Assembly (NCBI GenBank): GCA_965222905.1
Contig: OZ244976.1
Span: 7,056,020 to 7,120,019, forward strand
Source of the DNA: Vicinamibacterales bacterium
GTDB lineage: Bacteria > Acidobacteriota > Vicinamibacteria > Vicinamibacterales > UBA8438
Length of the DNA: 64,000 bases
Direction of reading: 5' to 3'
The notes beneath the pieces were generated by a model. The model ran no database searches and was not told the DNA's origin. It saw nothing but the letters and a program-made list of their open reading frames with translations. Below are positions 37,439 through 47,585 of the stretch, in pieces. Position 1 is the first letter of the stretch; each line of letters opens with the position of its first letter. The position numbers and the translations under genes are program-made.

Positions 37439-40400
37439 TCAGCGGCGGCGCAGTTCCGCCAAGGCGACAGGCAGATACGTCTCGGACACGACGTTCTCGG
37501 GATCCAGTGTCAGGGCTTCGGCGAAGTACGACACCGCGGCGTCCAGATTTCGCGATTCCATTTCCAGCAACCCGAGGTTCGCGTACGTTGAAGCGTCCCG
37601 CGGACTGGCCTCAAGCGATGCTCGAAAGGCTTGGCGGGCACGGTCATTCTGACCGAGGGTGGCGCTGGCCGCGCCGATCAGGTTATGCGCGGGAGCGTGT
37701 CGGGGGTTCAACTGAATGACCCGCTGCGCCCGAGCGATCGCCTCCTCCATGTTGCCTTCCAGGAAGCTCACCATCGCGGCATAGTACCAAGTCTCTTCGC
37801 GCTCTGGACTGGTCTGCTGCATGCGCATGACGAGGGGGCGGAGCCTATCGACGTTGCCGGCATCGGCGGCAATCGAGGCGAGCAACTCAATCCCACGCGG
37901 ATTCTGGGGCTCGGCCACCGTCACCTCTCGCGCTCGCACGGTCGCCTCGTCGAACGCGCCGATCGCAGCCAGTAGCCGCACCAGGGCGATGCGCACGACC
38001 GCGCTGTCGGGCCGCGCCGTCGCCAGCGACTCGAGAAGCTGTCTGGCCTCCGTCACACGCTGCGCCGCTCCGGCTGAATCGATCAGCCCCATCAGTGCCG
38101 TTTCGTTGTCCGAGTCGAGGCGCAGCGAGCGCGCAAAGTCCTCGAAGGCCGCCGCGTGAGCCCGTGCCGTGAGCAGCATCTCCCCGCGATGGCTCCACTC
38201 GAGCGCCCCGGCGGCCGCGATTGCGGTGCGAACAGCGGCTGGGGCGTCAGCCGGATCGAGCAGCCCTCGAAGCGTGGGCGCGTTTTGGTTCACGCTTCGG
38301 TCGTACACACCGCGCGGGCCCGAGTACTCGAGCCGTGGCCGGTCATCGGTCTGAATGAACGCGCCCCGGCTGTAGCGCAGCACCTCCAGAGGGCCGCCCA
38401 CGTAGAGCGACAGCACGCTGAACGGTTCGAACACCGATACCTTCGCGAGGTCGGCAGCCACACCGGGCCGCTGCCACGCGGCGGAGATATTGTCGAGCCG
38501 CGGCCCGACGAGATCGTTCGACGCGACGAACAAGACGTCGTTCTCCGCGACGAGCCACATCGTTCCGTTCGGGAAGACGCTGGCGAACGTCGCGGCTATC
38601 GAGCGGAGATCCGGCTCGGAGATCTCATAGGTATGCGCCCACTGGCAGAAGATGCCGCCTGGCGTGAGCCTGGCGCGAGTGGCCAGGAAGAATTCGCGTG
38701 TGAAGAGCGACGCTATGCCCGCCATCCAAGGATTGGACGGCTCCGAGATGATCACATCGTAGCGACGTGAAGTGAGCTGCATGTGCGAGCGTCCGTCGCC
38801 CACGAGCAGGCGCGTGCGCGGGTCATCGAGCGCATGGCCGTTGGCGTCGGCAAAAAACGACGAGGCTTCGACGACCGCGGGCGAGATCTCGACGACGTCG
38901 GCCCGGTCTATCCCATGCCGTAACGCCGCGCCCAGCGTGACTCCGCTGCCCAGGCCTATGACAGCGACGTTGTGAGGATCGGAATGCATCAGCAGCGGCA
39001 GATGGGCCAGCAACTTCTGCGTGAGCATGTCGGTCCAGTTCGAGGCATCGACCTTTCCGTCTATCGCTAGCGCGAGGGTATCAGCCAGCCGCCTGACCGA
39101 CACGGTTGCCGTCGCCCCCTCGCGGTAATAGAGGAGCCTGCCTGCCTTGAGCCCTGTCGCGAGATCGATATTCCGAACCTCGCTTGCATACCTATAGCCG
39201 CCGCTGGACAACAGGTCCACGTCCCAGGCTGGCACCATGAACAGGAGTGCACCGACAGGAACGGCCATCGTGATGCCCGCCCACCGCTGCCGCGCGGGGA
39301 GCCGGCCGGCGACGAACGCCAGACACCCGGCGCCAACGGCGAACACGCCCGCAAGACGAAGGGTCGACTGCAGCCCGAATGCCGGCACGAGAAGGAAGGC
39401 TCCTGCGATCGACCCGGTCACGGCGCCGATCGTGTTGACGCCGTAGACCACCGACACCTCGCGCGAAACGCCTTCGTCGCTCCGCGCCGCCAGCGCGGCC
39501 CCAAGTGGAAACGCGGCGCCGAGCGTCAACGTGAGCGGCAGCAGCACGCCCACGGCGTACAGGGCCTGGCGGGCCAGGATGGTGGCAGGGCCGGCGGATG
39601 GATTGGCGACCGTTTCTGCTATCAAGAGCGGCAGGTGCGTGCCAGCAAACCATCCTGCGCCCGACGCGGCCGCCGCGCTCGCGAGCATCAACAGCCCAAG
39701 CCAGAAGGCTGGAGCCTTGGCGGTCCACGTCATGCGCGAGGCGAACGCCGCACCGATGGCGATCCCCGTCACGAACCCCGTCAGCATGGCCGCAAAAGCG
39801 TACGTCGTGGGACCGAGCGCGAGCGCGAGCACGCGGGTGAAGGTCACTTCGTAGACCAGCGCGGCAAAGCCCGACAGCCCGAGGACGGCGGCCGGAAGCC
39901 ACGGGGCCACGGAGCGCCGGACGGGCTCGGCGGGCCTGCGTCGACGCCCCGGCCGTGCGGCCGAACGGCCGGCCGTCTGCTGCGCGCGCGTCGCAACGGA
40001 ATCCAGCCCTCTGTTCGCGATGAGCCAAGCCCCGGCGGCGGCGGCTATATTCAAGCCCACGCCGACGAAAGTGGTCGCGCGGAGACCGACCGCGGGGATG
40101 AGCACGAACCCGGTCAGCAGCGCGGCAACCGCCGCGCCCGCCGAGTTGAGGGCATAGAGCCCCCCGGCATCACGTCCGGCGGCCGACGCAGCCGCCCCGA
40201 GCCACCGAACCGCCAGCGGGAACGTGGCTCCCATCGCGAACGCCGGGATGAACAAGAGTAGAAGGCTCGACACCAGCCGTACGAGCGCGAACCCTGGACC
40301 CGGCTCGTCCCCGTACGCCCGCACGAACAGCGGTTCCAGGGTGCTCAGTGCAAGCGGCAGCGCGAGGGCGGAGAGGGCGATCACGCACTCGAGCGCGGCG

Positions 40401-40621
40401 TACCCTTGCAGCGCGCGGCCACGGTCCAGGCGAGGCGCCACGCGACCGCCGAGCAGGGCCCCGGCGGAGAGTCCGCCCATGAAAGCAGCGAGCACGGTGC
40501 CGGCCGCCGCCAGCGTATGGCCCATCTGCAGCGCCATTAGACGCATCCAAACGATCTCGTAGATGAGTCCGGCCGCACCGGAGAACGTGAAAAGGAGGAA
40601 GAAGAGCCGCCGCGCGTCCAT
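37439..40621 (-). CDS. Fused polytopic membrane domain / spermidine-synthase-like methyltransferase fold / TPR-repeat protein (1060 aa)
   Basis: N-terminus FFLLFTFSGAAGLIYEIVWMRL followed by many TM helices. Central VAVIGLGSGVTLGAAL...DVIISEPSNPWMAG (aminopropyltransferase fold). C-terminal TPR-like repeats (AIARAQRVIQLNPRHAPAHNLIG...). Confidence 0.8.
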   Translation of the reverse strand: MDARRLFFLLFTFSGAAGLIYEIVWMRLMALQMGHTLAAAGTVLAAFMGGLSAGALLGGRVAPRLDRGRALQGYAALECVIALSALALPLALSTLEPLFVRAYGDEPGPGFALVRLVSSLLLLFIPAFAMGATFPLAVRWLGAAASAAGRDAGGLYALNSAGAAVAALLTGFVLIPAVGLRATTFVGVGLNIAAAAGAWLIANRGLDSVATRAQQTAGRSAARPGRRRRPAEPVRRSVAPWLPAAVLGLSGFAALVYEVTFTRVLALALGPTTYAFAAMLTGFVTGIAIGAAFASRMTWTAKAPAFWLGLLMLASAAAASGAGWFAGTHLPLLIAETVANPSAGPATILARQALYAVGVLLPLTLTLGAAFPLGAALAARSDEGVSREVSVVYGVNTIGAVTGSIAGAFLLVPAFGLQSTLRLAGVFAVGAGCLAFVAGRLPARQRWAGITMAVPVGALLFMVPAWDVDLLSSGGYRYASEVRNIDLATGLKAGRLLYYREGATATVSVRRLADTLALAIDGKVDASNWTDMLTQKLLAHLPLLMHSDPHNVAVIGLGSGVTLGAALRHGIDRADVVEISPAVVEASSFFADANGHALDDPRTRLLVGDGRSHMQLTSRRYDVIISEPSNPWMAGIASLFTREFFLATRARLTPGGIFCQWAHTYEISEPDLRSIAATFASVFPNGTMWLVAENDVLFVASNDLVGPRLDNISAAWQRPGVAADLAKVSVFEPFSVLSLYVGGPLEVLRYSRGAFIQTDDRPRLEYSGPRGVYDRSVNQNAPTLRGLLDPADAPAAVRTAIAAAGALEWSHRGEMLLTARAHAAAFEDFARSLRLDSDNETALMGLIDSAGAAQRVTEARQLLESLATARPDSAVVRIALVRLLAAIGAFDEATVRAREVTVAEPQNPRGIELLASIAADAGNVDRLRPLVMRMQQTSPEREETWYYAAMVSFLEGNMEEAIARAQRVIQLNPRHAPAHNLIGAASATLGQNDRARQAFRASLEASPRDASTYANLGLLEMESRNLDAAVSYFAEALTLDPENVVSETYLPVALAELRRR

Positions 40622-41011
40622 GGAGGCAGTCTACTATACGGACGAGGGCAGGCCCCGGGAGACCAGTCGAACCGGACCGCACCGTCGCGGACGATACTTG
40701 CCTGCGCGTCATGCGCGGCCGCCTGCGCGTGAAGGGACCGCGCCCGCGAACACCCTTCCTGCTCGTCTCCAACGACCTGAGCTTCATCCATGTTCCGGCC
40801 CTGGCGGCATGCATCGACGCGTGGTTCGTCCCCAAGTTCGAGATCCGGGCTTGGCCACTGGCCGGCATGCTCGCCATCGAGGTCAAGGGTGGATCAACGT
40901 GAGCAACGCGCCAGCGCACGAAGACGGTCAACGCGCTGCGGTTGCGGAAGGCAACCGACCCGACCGCCCGGGCGCCGTGATCGCCATGACATGAACGTCA
41001 CTTCCTCCTCA

Positions 41012-41549
41012 GATGCGGATGATTGACGAGCGTCTGGCCCCATGTGTGGAGGACGGCGAAGCCGATGTCGGCGCCGAGCTGGCGGGGGTCCGCGACTATG
41101 GTGCGCAGTGTCTCGGCGACAGCGCGGAAGAGGAGACCGTAGACGAAGGCCTCGTTCTGGGCGGCGATCACGGCGATCGCCGGAGGAACGGTGAAGACGA
41201 CGTGGAAGTACTCGGTGGGCAGCAGGTCCGCCCGGCGCCGTTCGAGCCACGCGGCGCGGGCCAGCGACTGACAGGTCGGACAGTGGCGTTTGCGACAGGA
41301 CTTGTACCAGACGCGCCGATGACCGCAGTGGTCACACTGCTCGACGTGGCCGCCGAGGACGCCGGCGGTGCGGCATTGCTCGATGGCCGTCATCACGCGG
41401 CTGTGCACCGTCGAGAGGGCGGCCCCGACCTCGACCCAGAAGTATCGCTGCCAACGGCGGAACACCTCCGACACGGTGAGCACGGCCCCTTCGCGATACA
41501 CGGCACCATGCGTCCAGGCACTCGCAGACCAGCATATGGCGAGGCTCAC
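41012..41549 (-). pseudogene. IS91-family (Y2/HUH) transposase, N-terminal fragment
   Basis: VMTAIEQCRTAGVLGGHVEQCDHCGHRRVWYKSCRKRHCPTCQ...LLPTEYFHVVFTVP...LHTWGQTLVNHPHL then breaks off. The catalytic C-half is missing. Confidence 0.7.
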
Positions 41550-41630
41550 GACCGGCTGTGGGGGCTCGACGGTCCGGCCGGACGTCTCAGTGGCGGCAGG
41601 TCGATCCGCCGTCTACCGCGGAGCGGTCTA

Positions 41631-42446
41631 GGGCCTGTTAACACTTACCTCAGCACGTCGAAGATGAGCACGAAGTGGATGAAGCCGATGAACATCACAT
41701 CCAGCTTCTCGAATCGGGAGAATATCCGGCGATAGCCCTTCAGCCGGCGGAACAGACGCTCGACCTCGTTACGTCGCTTGTACATCTCCCGGTCGTACTC
41801 CCACGGGTCCGTCCGAGTCTTGAGCGGCGGCACCACGGGTGTGAACCCCAGGTCCAGCGCCAGTTGGCGAGTTTCGTCGCCCTGGTACGCGCGGTCCATC
41901 ACCAAGGCCACATTGTCATCCTGCGGCCCCATGCTGGCCAGGAGCTTTCGGCCTTCCGGGCTGTCGTGGGCCTGGCCGGGCGAGAGCGCGAACGTCAGTG
42001 CCGTTCGAGCATCCGCGGCAACCAGATGAATCTTGGTGGTCCACCCGCCGCGGGACTTTCCGATGGCGCTTGGGGGCCGTTTTTTTCGAGCCCCCGTGCC
42101 GTCGGGATGGACCTTGACGACGGTGCTGTCCAGCGACACCGCCTCCAGCTTGATACGGATCAACTGGGCGCGTGGCAGGTGTTCGAAGACCCGGTCGAGC
42201 ACCCCGTTCTTGGACCAACGATTCATACGGGTGTAGATCGTGTGCCAGTTCCCAAAGCGCTTCGGCAACCCTCGCCACTTGCACCCCTGCTCGGCGACGT
42301 ACAGGATCGCGTTGAGCACCTGCAAATTGGGCATGCTGACATCGCCACGCTGTCGCGGGAGGCAGGGCTCGATGCGTGCGTACTGCGTCTCGGTGAGCTC
42401 CATCCAGCAACGATATCACGAACCACCCAATAGTGTTAACAGGCCC
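41631..42446 (-). mobile_element. IS5-family (IS427/IS1031-like) insertion sequence, 816 bp
   Basis: Perfect 15-bp terminal IRs GGGCCTGTTAACACT / AGTGTTAACAGGCCC. TA duplication (41629..41630 and 42447..42448) within a CTAG target. Confidence 0.9.
41645..42403 (-). CDS. IS5-family DDE transposase (252 aa)
   Basis: LTETQYARIEPCLP...NAILYVAEQGCKWRGLPKRFGNWHTIYTRMNRWSKNGVLDRV...DSTVVKVH...DRAYQGDETR...RNEVERLFRRLKGYRRIFSRFEK. Confidence 0.9.
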   Translation of the reverse strand: MELTETQYARIEPCLPRQRGDVSMPNLQVLNAILYVAEQGCKWRGLPKRFGNWHTIYTRMNRWSKNGVLDRVFEHLPRAQLIRIKLEAVSLDSTVVKVHPDGTGARKKRPPSAIGKSRGGWTTKIHLVAADARTALTFALSPGQAHDSPEGRKLLASMGPQDDNVALVMDRAYQGDETRQLALDLGFTPVVPPLKTRTDPWEYDREMYKRRNEVERLFRRLKGYRRIFSRFEKLDVMFIGFIHFVLIFDVLR

Positions 42447-42597
42447 TAGTCCAATGACGTATATGACCAGACTGGTCATAACGATCAGCTCTCGGTGCTC
42501 GCTGACACCACCGACGAGACCCACGCGGACCACGCCGGACCCGAGCAACCTTGACGGCCCAGGGATACCCCAAGAGGCACGAATTCCTACTGGACGA

Positions 42598-42906
42598 ATG
42601 ACGATGTCGGCTGTACAGGGCTCCTACGACAACAAGAATCCAGAGACCCTGGCCCTGTTCCAGGCAGCCAGCGGCGAAAAGATGCGCGAAGCGATCTTTA
42701 ACGTCTCGAGAGCGATCGCCGACAAATCCACCGAGATGAGCGGTACCCTGATCGACGAGTCCCGCCAGATCAGCGCGAAGACCGCCAGCACAGTGATGGC
42801 GCGGGGACGCGACATCGCCCACTACGGACGGAAGAAGCTCGGCCGACGCAAAGATCCCGACGAAGCCGAGACAGCCAACGACAACCACGAAAGGGAAACA
42901 AGTTAG
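42598..42906 (+). CDS. Hypothetical protein (lower GC)
   Basis: ATG at 42598 within track ORF 42433..42906: MTMSAVQGSYDNKNPETLALFQAASGEKMREAIFNVSRAIADKSTEMS... No family recognised. Confidence 0.35.
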   Translation: MTMSAVQGSYDNKNPETLALFQAASGEKMREAIFNVSRAIADKSTEMSGTLIDESRQISAKTASTVMARGRDIAHYGRKKLGRRKDPDEAETANDNHERETS

Positions 42907-43197
42907 TCCAGACGACAGCGTTCGGTGCGGGAACTCAGGGTCGCCCAGGACGGCCGCCGCCAAGTAGAGCGGGGAACCAGGATATCGACGGCGCTCCGAC
43001 GTCAGACGACGCGATCGGGTCGCTCGACTTTCTCGAACGATGGGGCACGCGCTCGCCGAGCCGGCGGGCGACGACGCGACGACCCGCGTCCGTATCGTCG
43101 AGACCGCACCCGGAGACGTCGCGAGCGTGATCGCCGACACGGCGTACCACACCGCCGCGGTCTCTGCGGCGGCCAGCGCCCGAGACTCGCGCCGGGT

Positions 43198-43314
43198 TCA
43201 GCCTTGTTTCGCTTTCGCCTGCTTGTCCCGCTGCTTTTTCTTCTTTGCTTCGTCTTTTGCGGCCCTTTGCTTCTGGTCCTTGGCCTTGTCCTTCTGACCG
43301 CCTTTGTCTCCCAT
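43198..43314 (-). CDS. Small lysine-rich protein (38 aa, below the ORF-track cut-off)
   Basis: AGGAG sits 8 nt upstream of the ATG at 43314. Translation is MGDKGGQKDKAKDQKQRAAKDEAKKKKQRDKQAKAKQG*. Confidence 0.45.
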   Translation of the reverse strand: MGDKGGQKDKAKDQKQRAAKDEAKKKKQRDKQAKAKQG

Positions 43315-43361
43315 TGCATGTCTCCTTTGCTACAGGCGCGCGAGCTGAATTGATGACGCCG

Positions 43362-43811
43362 TTACCAACCGGCGGACTGCAGCGTGTTCCAACTGGTCTC
43401 GACCTCCACGTCACCCTCGTTGACCGATGAAGCGATCACCGGCCCGCTCCGCGTCCGCACGAACAGGTCGCCGCGGACGCGCTTCACCTCGATTCCGCTG
43501 CTCGAGGTCGTCACCCTGAGCTGACCGGCACCGTCAACGGCCATCGCGCCAGATCCGGTGTCGGCCCGGGTCTCGCCCAGAGCCGTCAACTCGATGGCGC
43601 TGGATCGCCTTCGGGCCGAGACCGTGGCGCGCACGCCTTCGACGCGCGTCTCGCCCGACGCGAGGAGCACGCCAACCAAGCGTGCAGGCATGGCCATCCG
43701 GGAGGTGCTCATTGCAGAGTGTAACCTGCCCCCATGTTCGCCTCGCCAAGCGCGTCGTCGACAGCCCGTGGCTCTCGGGGGTCGGCGCGGCTGAGAGGTG
43801 CGCCGCGGCAT
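43362..43811 (-). pseudogene. DUF4097/adhesin-like beta-helix fragment
   Basis: Repetitive ...GETRVEGVRATVSA...IELTALGETRADTGSGAMAVDGAGQLRVTTSSSGIEVKRVRGDLFVRTRSGPVIASSVNEGDVEVET... The N-terminus is not convincing. Confidence 0.25.
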
Positions 43812-43833
43812 ACTGCCAAGCCGTCGCCCAGGG

Positions 43834-43877
43834 CGGCGTCAACCGGTTGGCCGTCGACGGCCAACCGGTTGACGCCG
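43834..43877. repeat. 44-bp perfect palindrome
   Basis: cggcGTCAACCGGTTGGCCGTCGACGGCCAACCGGTTGACgccg equals its own reverse complement, checked base by base. Confidence 0.95.
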
Positions 43878-44301
43878 GGCCAGTACCAGTAGATCCTGGG
43901 CGATGTCGTCCATCGTGACGCGGGTGCGCCCGAAGGGCGGCGGTTCATCGGGAACGGCCGTGTCGACGAAGATTTTCCCCGAGCAGAGTCCCCGGCGGGC
44001 CAGCGCGTGCCTCAATTTTGCAGGTCGGCTTCCCCGTGACCCGATCAAATGTCGGGACCCCTTGCCAAGGTGGAGGGAATGTGCGACGCTTGGGCGGCTA
44101 GTTTTATGAGATTTGCGCTGACTCTCTCGGCGTTCTGCCGAACCTGAGGCTCCAATCCTCACCAAAGCAGCTACAAAATGGCGCGCGGCCTCATGAGGAG
44201 GCAGACCGCACTGTCGTCGTCGACTTGACAGTGCATCGACGAGAGCATCCGTCGGCGCGTTCACGGCCTATTTCGGCCGACCACACTCAGAGGACTCACG
44301 T

Positions 44302-44505
44302 ATGGCATCTACGACCGGCACGATCAAGCGCATCACGGACAAGGGCTTCGGCTTCATCCTCGCTCCAGACGGCATCGAATACTTCTTCCACCAGTCCGCG
44401 TGCACGAGCACGCCGTTCGACTCCATGCGCGAAGGCGATAGCGTGACGTTTACGCTCGGCCAGGGCCCGAAGGGCCCCCGCGCCGAGAACGTCACACCCG
44501 CCTAG
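44302..44505 (+). CDS. cspA: Cold-shock protein (CspA family)
   Basis: GTIKRITDKGFGFILAPDGIEYFFHQS carries the RNP1/RNP2 motifs; 67 aa. Confidence 0.9.
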   Translation: MASTTGTIKRITDKGFGFILAPDGIEYFFHQSACTSTPFDSMREGDSVTFTLGQGPKGPRAENVTPA

Positions 44506-44515
44506 CCGGCTCCAC

Positions 44516-44555
44516 ATTCGAACCCCGGTGACCGTAAGGCCATCGGGGTTCGAAT
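44516..44555 (+). terminator. 12-bp-stem hairpin just downstream of csp (no U-tract)
   Basis: ATTCGAACCCCG-(16 nt)-CGGGGTTCGAAT, 11 nt after the csp stop. Confidence 0.35.
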
Positions 44556-44722
44556 CTCGTTGCGGACCCCCGTTTCGCCGTTGCTGCGATCTGCTCCGGC
44601 TGAGGGTTCTCGGCCTCGCTGCTGGTGGTGCGGCCTGACCGTGGACCTTCCGCGGCCCGGAGGATCCCTCCCCACCCCGTACGCGCGCACCGGGATGGAG
44701 GCGCGGGCGTCCGCGGTGAGTC

Positions 44723-45145
44723 TCAGTCCTGGTCGGGTGGCCGGCGGGCACGCTTGAGTTGTGCGCGGCGGCGCTTCTGCTCTGCTTGGCGCCGCGTCGA
44801 CGCCAGGCTCGGTCGCGTCGCCCTTCTCGTTTTCGCAACGACCGCGGCCCGGCGCACGAGCGATACGAGCCGCTCGAGCGCATCCGCGCGGTTTCGCTCG
44901 CGGGTACGGAACCGGTGGGCGTTGATGAGGATCTCACCGTGCTTCGTCGCCCGCGCACCCGCGAGCTCGAGGAGCCGGGTGCGGACGTCGTCCGGCAGCG
45001 ACGTCGACCCGCGCGCATCGAAGCGAAGCTGGACCGCGGTTGCGAGCTTGTTGACGTTCTGCCCGCCGGGTCCTGGCGCACGCACGAACTGCTCGCCAAT
45101 CTCGTCCTCGGCGAGACTGATTCGATCGGTGACGAAGATCCCCAT
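44723..45145 (-). CDS. arfB: Alternative ribosome-rescue factor ArfB (peptidyl-tRNA hydrolase, GGQ family)
   Basis: VRAPGPGGQNVNKLATAVQLRFD, plus a basic C-terminal tail; 140 aa. Confidence 0.85.
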   Translation of the reverse strand: MGIFVTDRISLAEDEIGEQFVRAPGPGGQNVNKLATAVQLRFDARGSTSLPDDVRTRLLELAGARATKHGEILINAHRFRTRERNRADALERLVSLVRRAAVVAKTRRATRPSLASTRRQAEQKRRRAQLKRARRPPDQD

Positions 45146-45146
45146 G

Positions 45147-47392
45147 CCTGACTGGCTCCACCGCCATTATGGCATCGTGGGCGCGGCCGGGCGCGTCGAT
45201 CTGGATCTCGCGCAGTTTCGCGTCTCGGCGACGGACCTGCGCTTCGCCGCGGGGGACCAGGGCGCCGCGCCGTTTCTCACCATCGACGACATGCACATCG
45301 ACCTGCCGTGGGCGGCACTGTGGGCGTCGTACGACTCGATGGCGACCTCGGCTTCGACGGTGCGGCCCTCGACATCCATCGGTTGACGGTGGCGGCACCC
45401 GAGGGCGAGGTCACCGTTCGTGGCCGTATCGAAGAGCTCTTCGCGCGCCCGCGGCTCGATCTCGACTACGCCGCGCGGCTCCACGTGGGGGAACTCGCGT
45501 CGTGGCTCTCAGACGCCTCCGTCGCGGGGACGCTGTCGGCCGAGGGCCGCGCCAGCGGCAGGCTCGACGCATTGGCCGCGTCGGTCACCATCGCCGGCGA
45601 CGGGCGCGCGTGGCAGGCCACGCGGATCGAGCGGGTCGCGGCGACGGTCCAGGTGACCGGGTCGGAGCTACGCCTCGACGCGTTGGACAATGACGCGCGC
45701 GCGGGTCGACGCGGCGTTCCGGGGCAGGCTCGGCGAAGTGCAGGCTGAAGCGGTCCTAGCGTTGGAACCGGTCGAGATCGCCGGACAGCGATTCGAGTCC
45801 GCGACCGGGCGTCTGCGCCTCGACGGAACCCGGGTGGCCGTCGATGAGTTCCGCGTCGTTCGAGACGGGCACGCCTGGACGCATCCGGACGGTACGACGG
45901 GCGCGACGCCACGTTCACCGTCGCCGTCACGGCCGAGGACTTCCGGCGGGCCGGCTGATCCCCACGCCGGCGCCGCCGATCTCCCCGGAAAGGCGCGCGA
46001 TCCGAAGCTCGACGGCGATCTCGGACGGCTGGCCGCGGGCCTCGCTCCGGCGGATTCGCCGATGCGCGATATGGAAGCGGCGGGCGCCCTCTCCGTCGAG
46101 TGACGTCCCCCCCGCTGACCGACCTCTCGCTCCGGGCGTCGCTGCGTGACGGCGCCCCGCAGGTCGACGCTCTCCACGCAGCTTGGGCCGGCGCCACGCT
46201 CGACGCCTCGGCCACGCTGCCCGCCGACGTCGCCGCGAATGCGTTGCCGGGCGCCCTTTCCGAGCGGTACGCGCGCGGGCGGCCGGCCTGCACGCGGAGT
46301 TCGGATCGCTGACGCCATCGATGCTGGCGGCATTCGTCGATCCGGCCACCATCGCCCCGGTCACCGGCATCGCCTCGGCGGTCCTCGATCTGGAGTTGCC
46401 GTCGCTGGATTGGGAAAGCGCGGGCGGCCGGCTGACGTTCCCCGCGGCGTCGTTCCTCATCTCCGGCGTCCCGATGGCTCAGCGCCGGCCGACCGAAGCC
46501 CTCCTCGATCGGGGCCGTGTGACCGTGACCGCGTTCGACTGGGACAACGACCAGGACTACGTCACCGGCGGCGGCACGCTCGACCTCGGTGACGCGTCGG
46601 CCGCCGACTTCTCGATCACCGGCGAGCTGGACCTGCGCGCCGTGAGCGCCTTCGCGCCGGCGATCGGGACCGCGGGCGTGGCGCACGTGATCGCCGAGGT
46701 GACCGGCACGCTGGACGCTCCGGAGGTCCGCGGCACGGTGGAAGTCGAGGATGGCGAGCTGCGGCTGAACGACCCCCGGCTGATCGTCTCCGATCTCGAT
46801 GGGACCTCCTCCTGACCGGGGACACCCTCATGGTCCACGAGCTGACGGGTGGCGCCACCGGGGGCCGGGTGGAGGTGGGCGGCCGGTGGTCGCGGTGGCC
46901 CGAGTGCGGACAATGCCGTCCCGCCCGATCGGCCTCGACGTGCACGTGACAACCGCTGACGACATCATCATCGACAACAACTATCTGGAGGCGGAGATCG
47001 CCGGCGATCTGCAGATCGCGGGGACCCTCGAGCGTCCCACGGTGACGGGACGCGTGGCGGTGAGCGACGGCGGACGCGTCCGCTTCGGCAATCGCGTCTA
47101 CGAGATCGACACGGCCGTGGTCGACCTCGTCGACCCCACCGGCATCGAGCCGGAGTTGACGCTGACGGCACGCACGCAAGCGGGGTCGTATGAGGTCACG
47201 CTCGAGGCCAACGGCGGCCGCGACGATCTGACGACGGAGCTGCGCTCCGAACCGCCGCTGCCCGTTCGACGTCAGGGCGCGCATCGCACGGTTCGACGGC
47301 AGTGTCCTGGTCGACACCCGGGACAGCCCGGGGCGATGGCCGGCGGCAACGCCCTGCTGATCCTCAACCAGGAGATCCGCGTGTGCGCATGA
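45147..47392 (+). pseudogene. TamB/AsmA-like (DUF490) translocation-assembly-module gene, N-terminally truncated and split over at least five frames
   Basis: Consecutive homologous pieces lie in the ORFs ending at 45386, 45308..45748, 45690..46103, 46183..46815 and 46799..47392. Examples: LDAPEVRGTVEVEDGELRLNDPRLIVSDLDG; IIIDNNYLEAEIAGDLQIAGTLERPTVTGRVAVSDGGRVRFGNRVYEID; LTLTARTQAGSYEVTLE. Confidence 0.65.
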
Positions 47393-47585
47393 TCGACTCG
47401 ACGCGCGATTGCTCCGGCGCGTCGGGCGCCTGGGGCCGGGCGCGCGGCGCACGGGCGCGACGGTCCCACTGACTCTCGAGGGGTCACGTGGTGAACTGGC
47501 AGAACACTGACCGTCCCTCGCCTGCGGCTTCCGGCAAAGAGAACCCGGCCGAGCACGCCGAGCACCGGTCGCAGACGGTGCTACC

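Noticed and set aside
43682-43948. Two overlapping ORFs (43682..43918 plus, 43709..43948 minus) with mirrored peptide VNRLAVDGQPVDA.
   Set aside because: Both arise from reading through the 44-bp perfect palindrome. There is no independent coding evidence.
44516-44555. Possible tRNA or tRNA fragment because of GGTTCGAAT.
   Set aside because: No acceptor, D or anticodon arms can be folded on either strand. The T-stem partner sequence is absent. It is an inverted repeat of the same 12-mer.
22663-47392. Attributing all frameshifts to sequencing or assembly error.
   Set aside because: I cannot exclude this without reads. However, several 600-1060-aa ORFs in the same window are uninterrupted, and the lesions cluster in particular genes together with deletions and IS scars. 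Real pseudogenes fit better.
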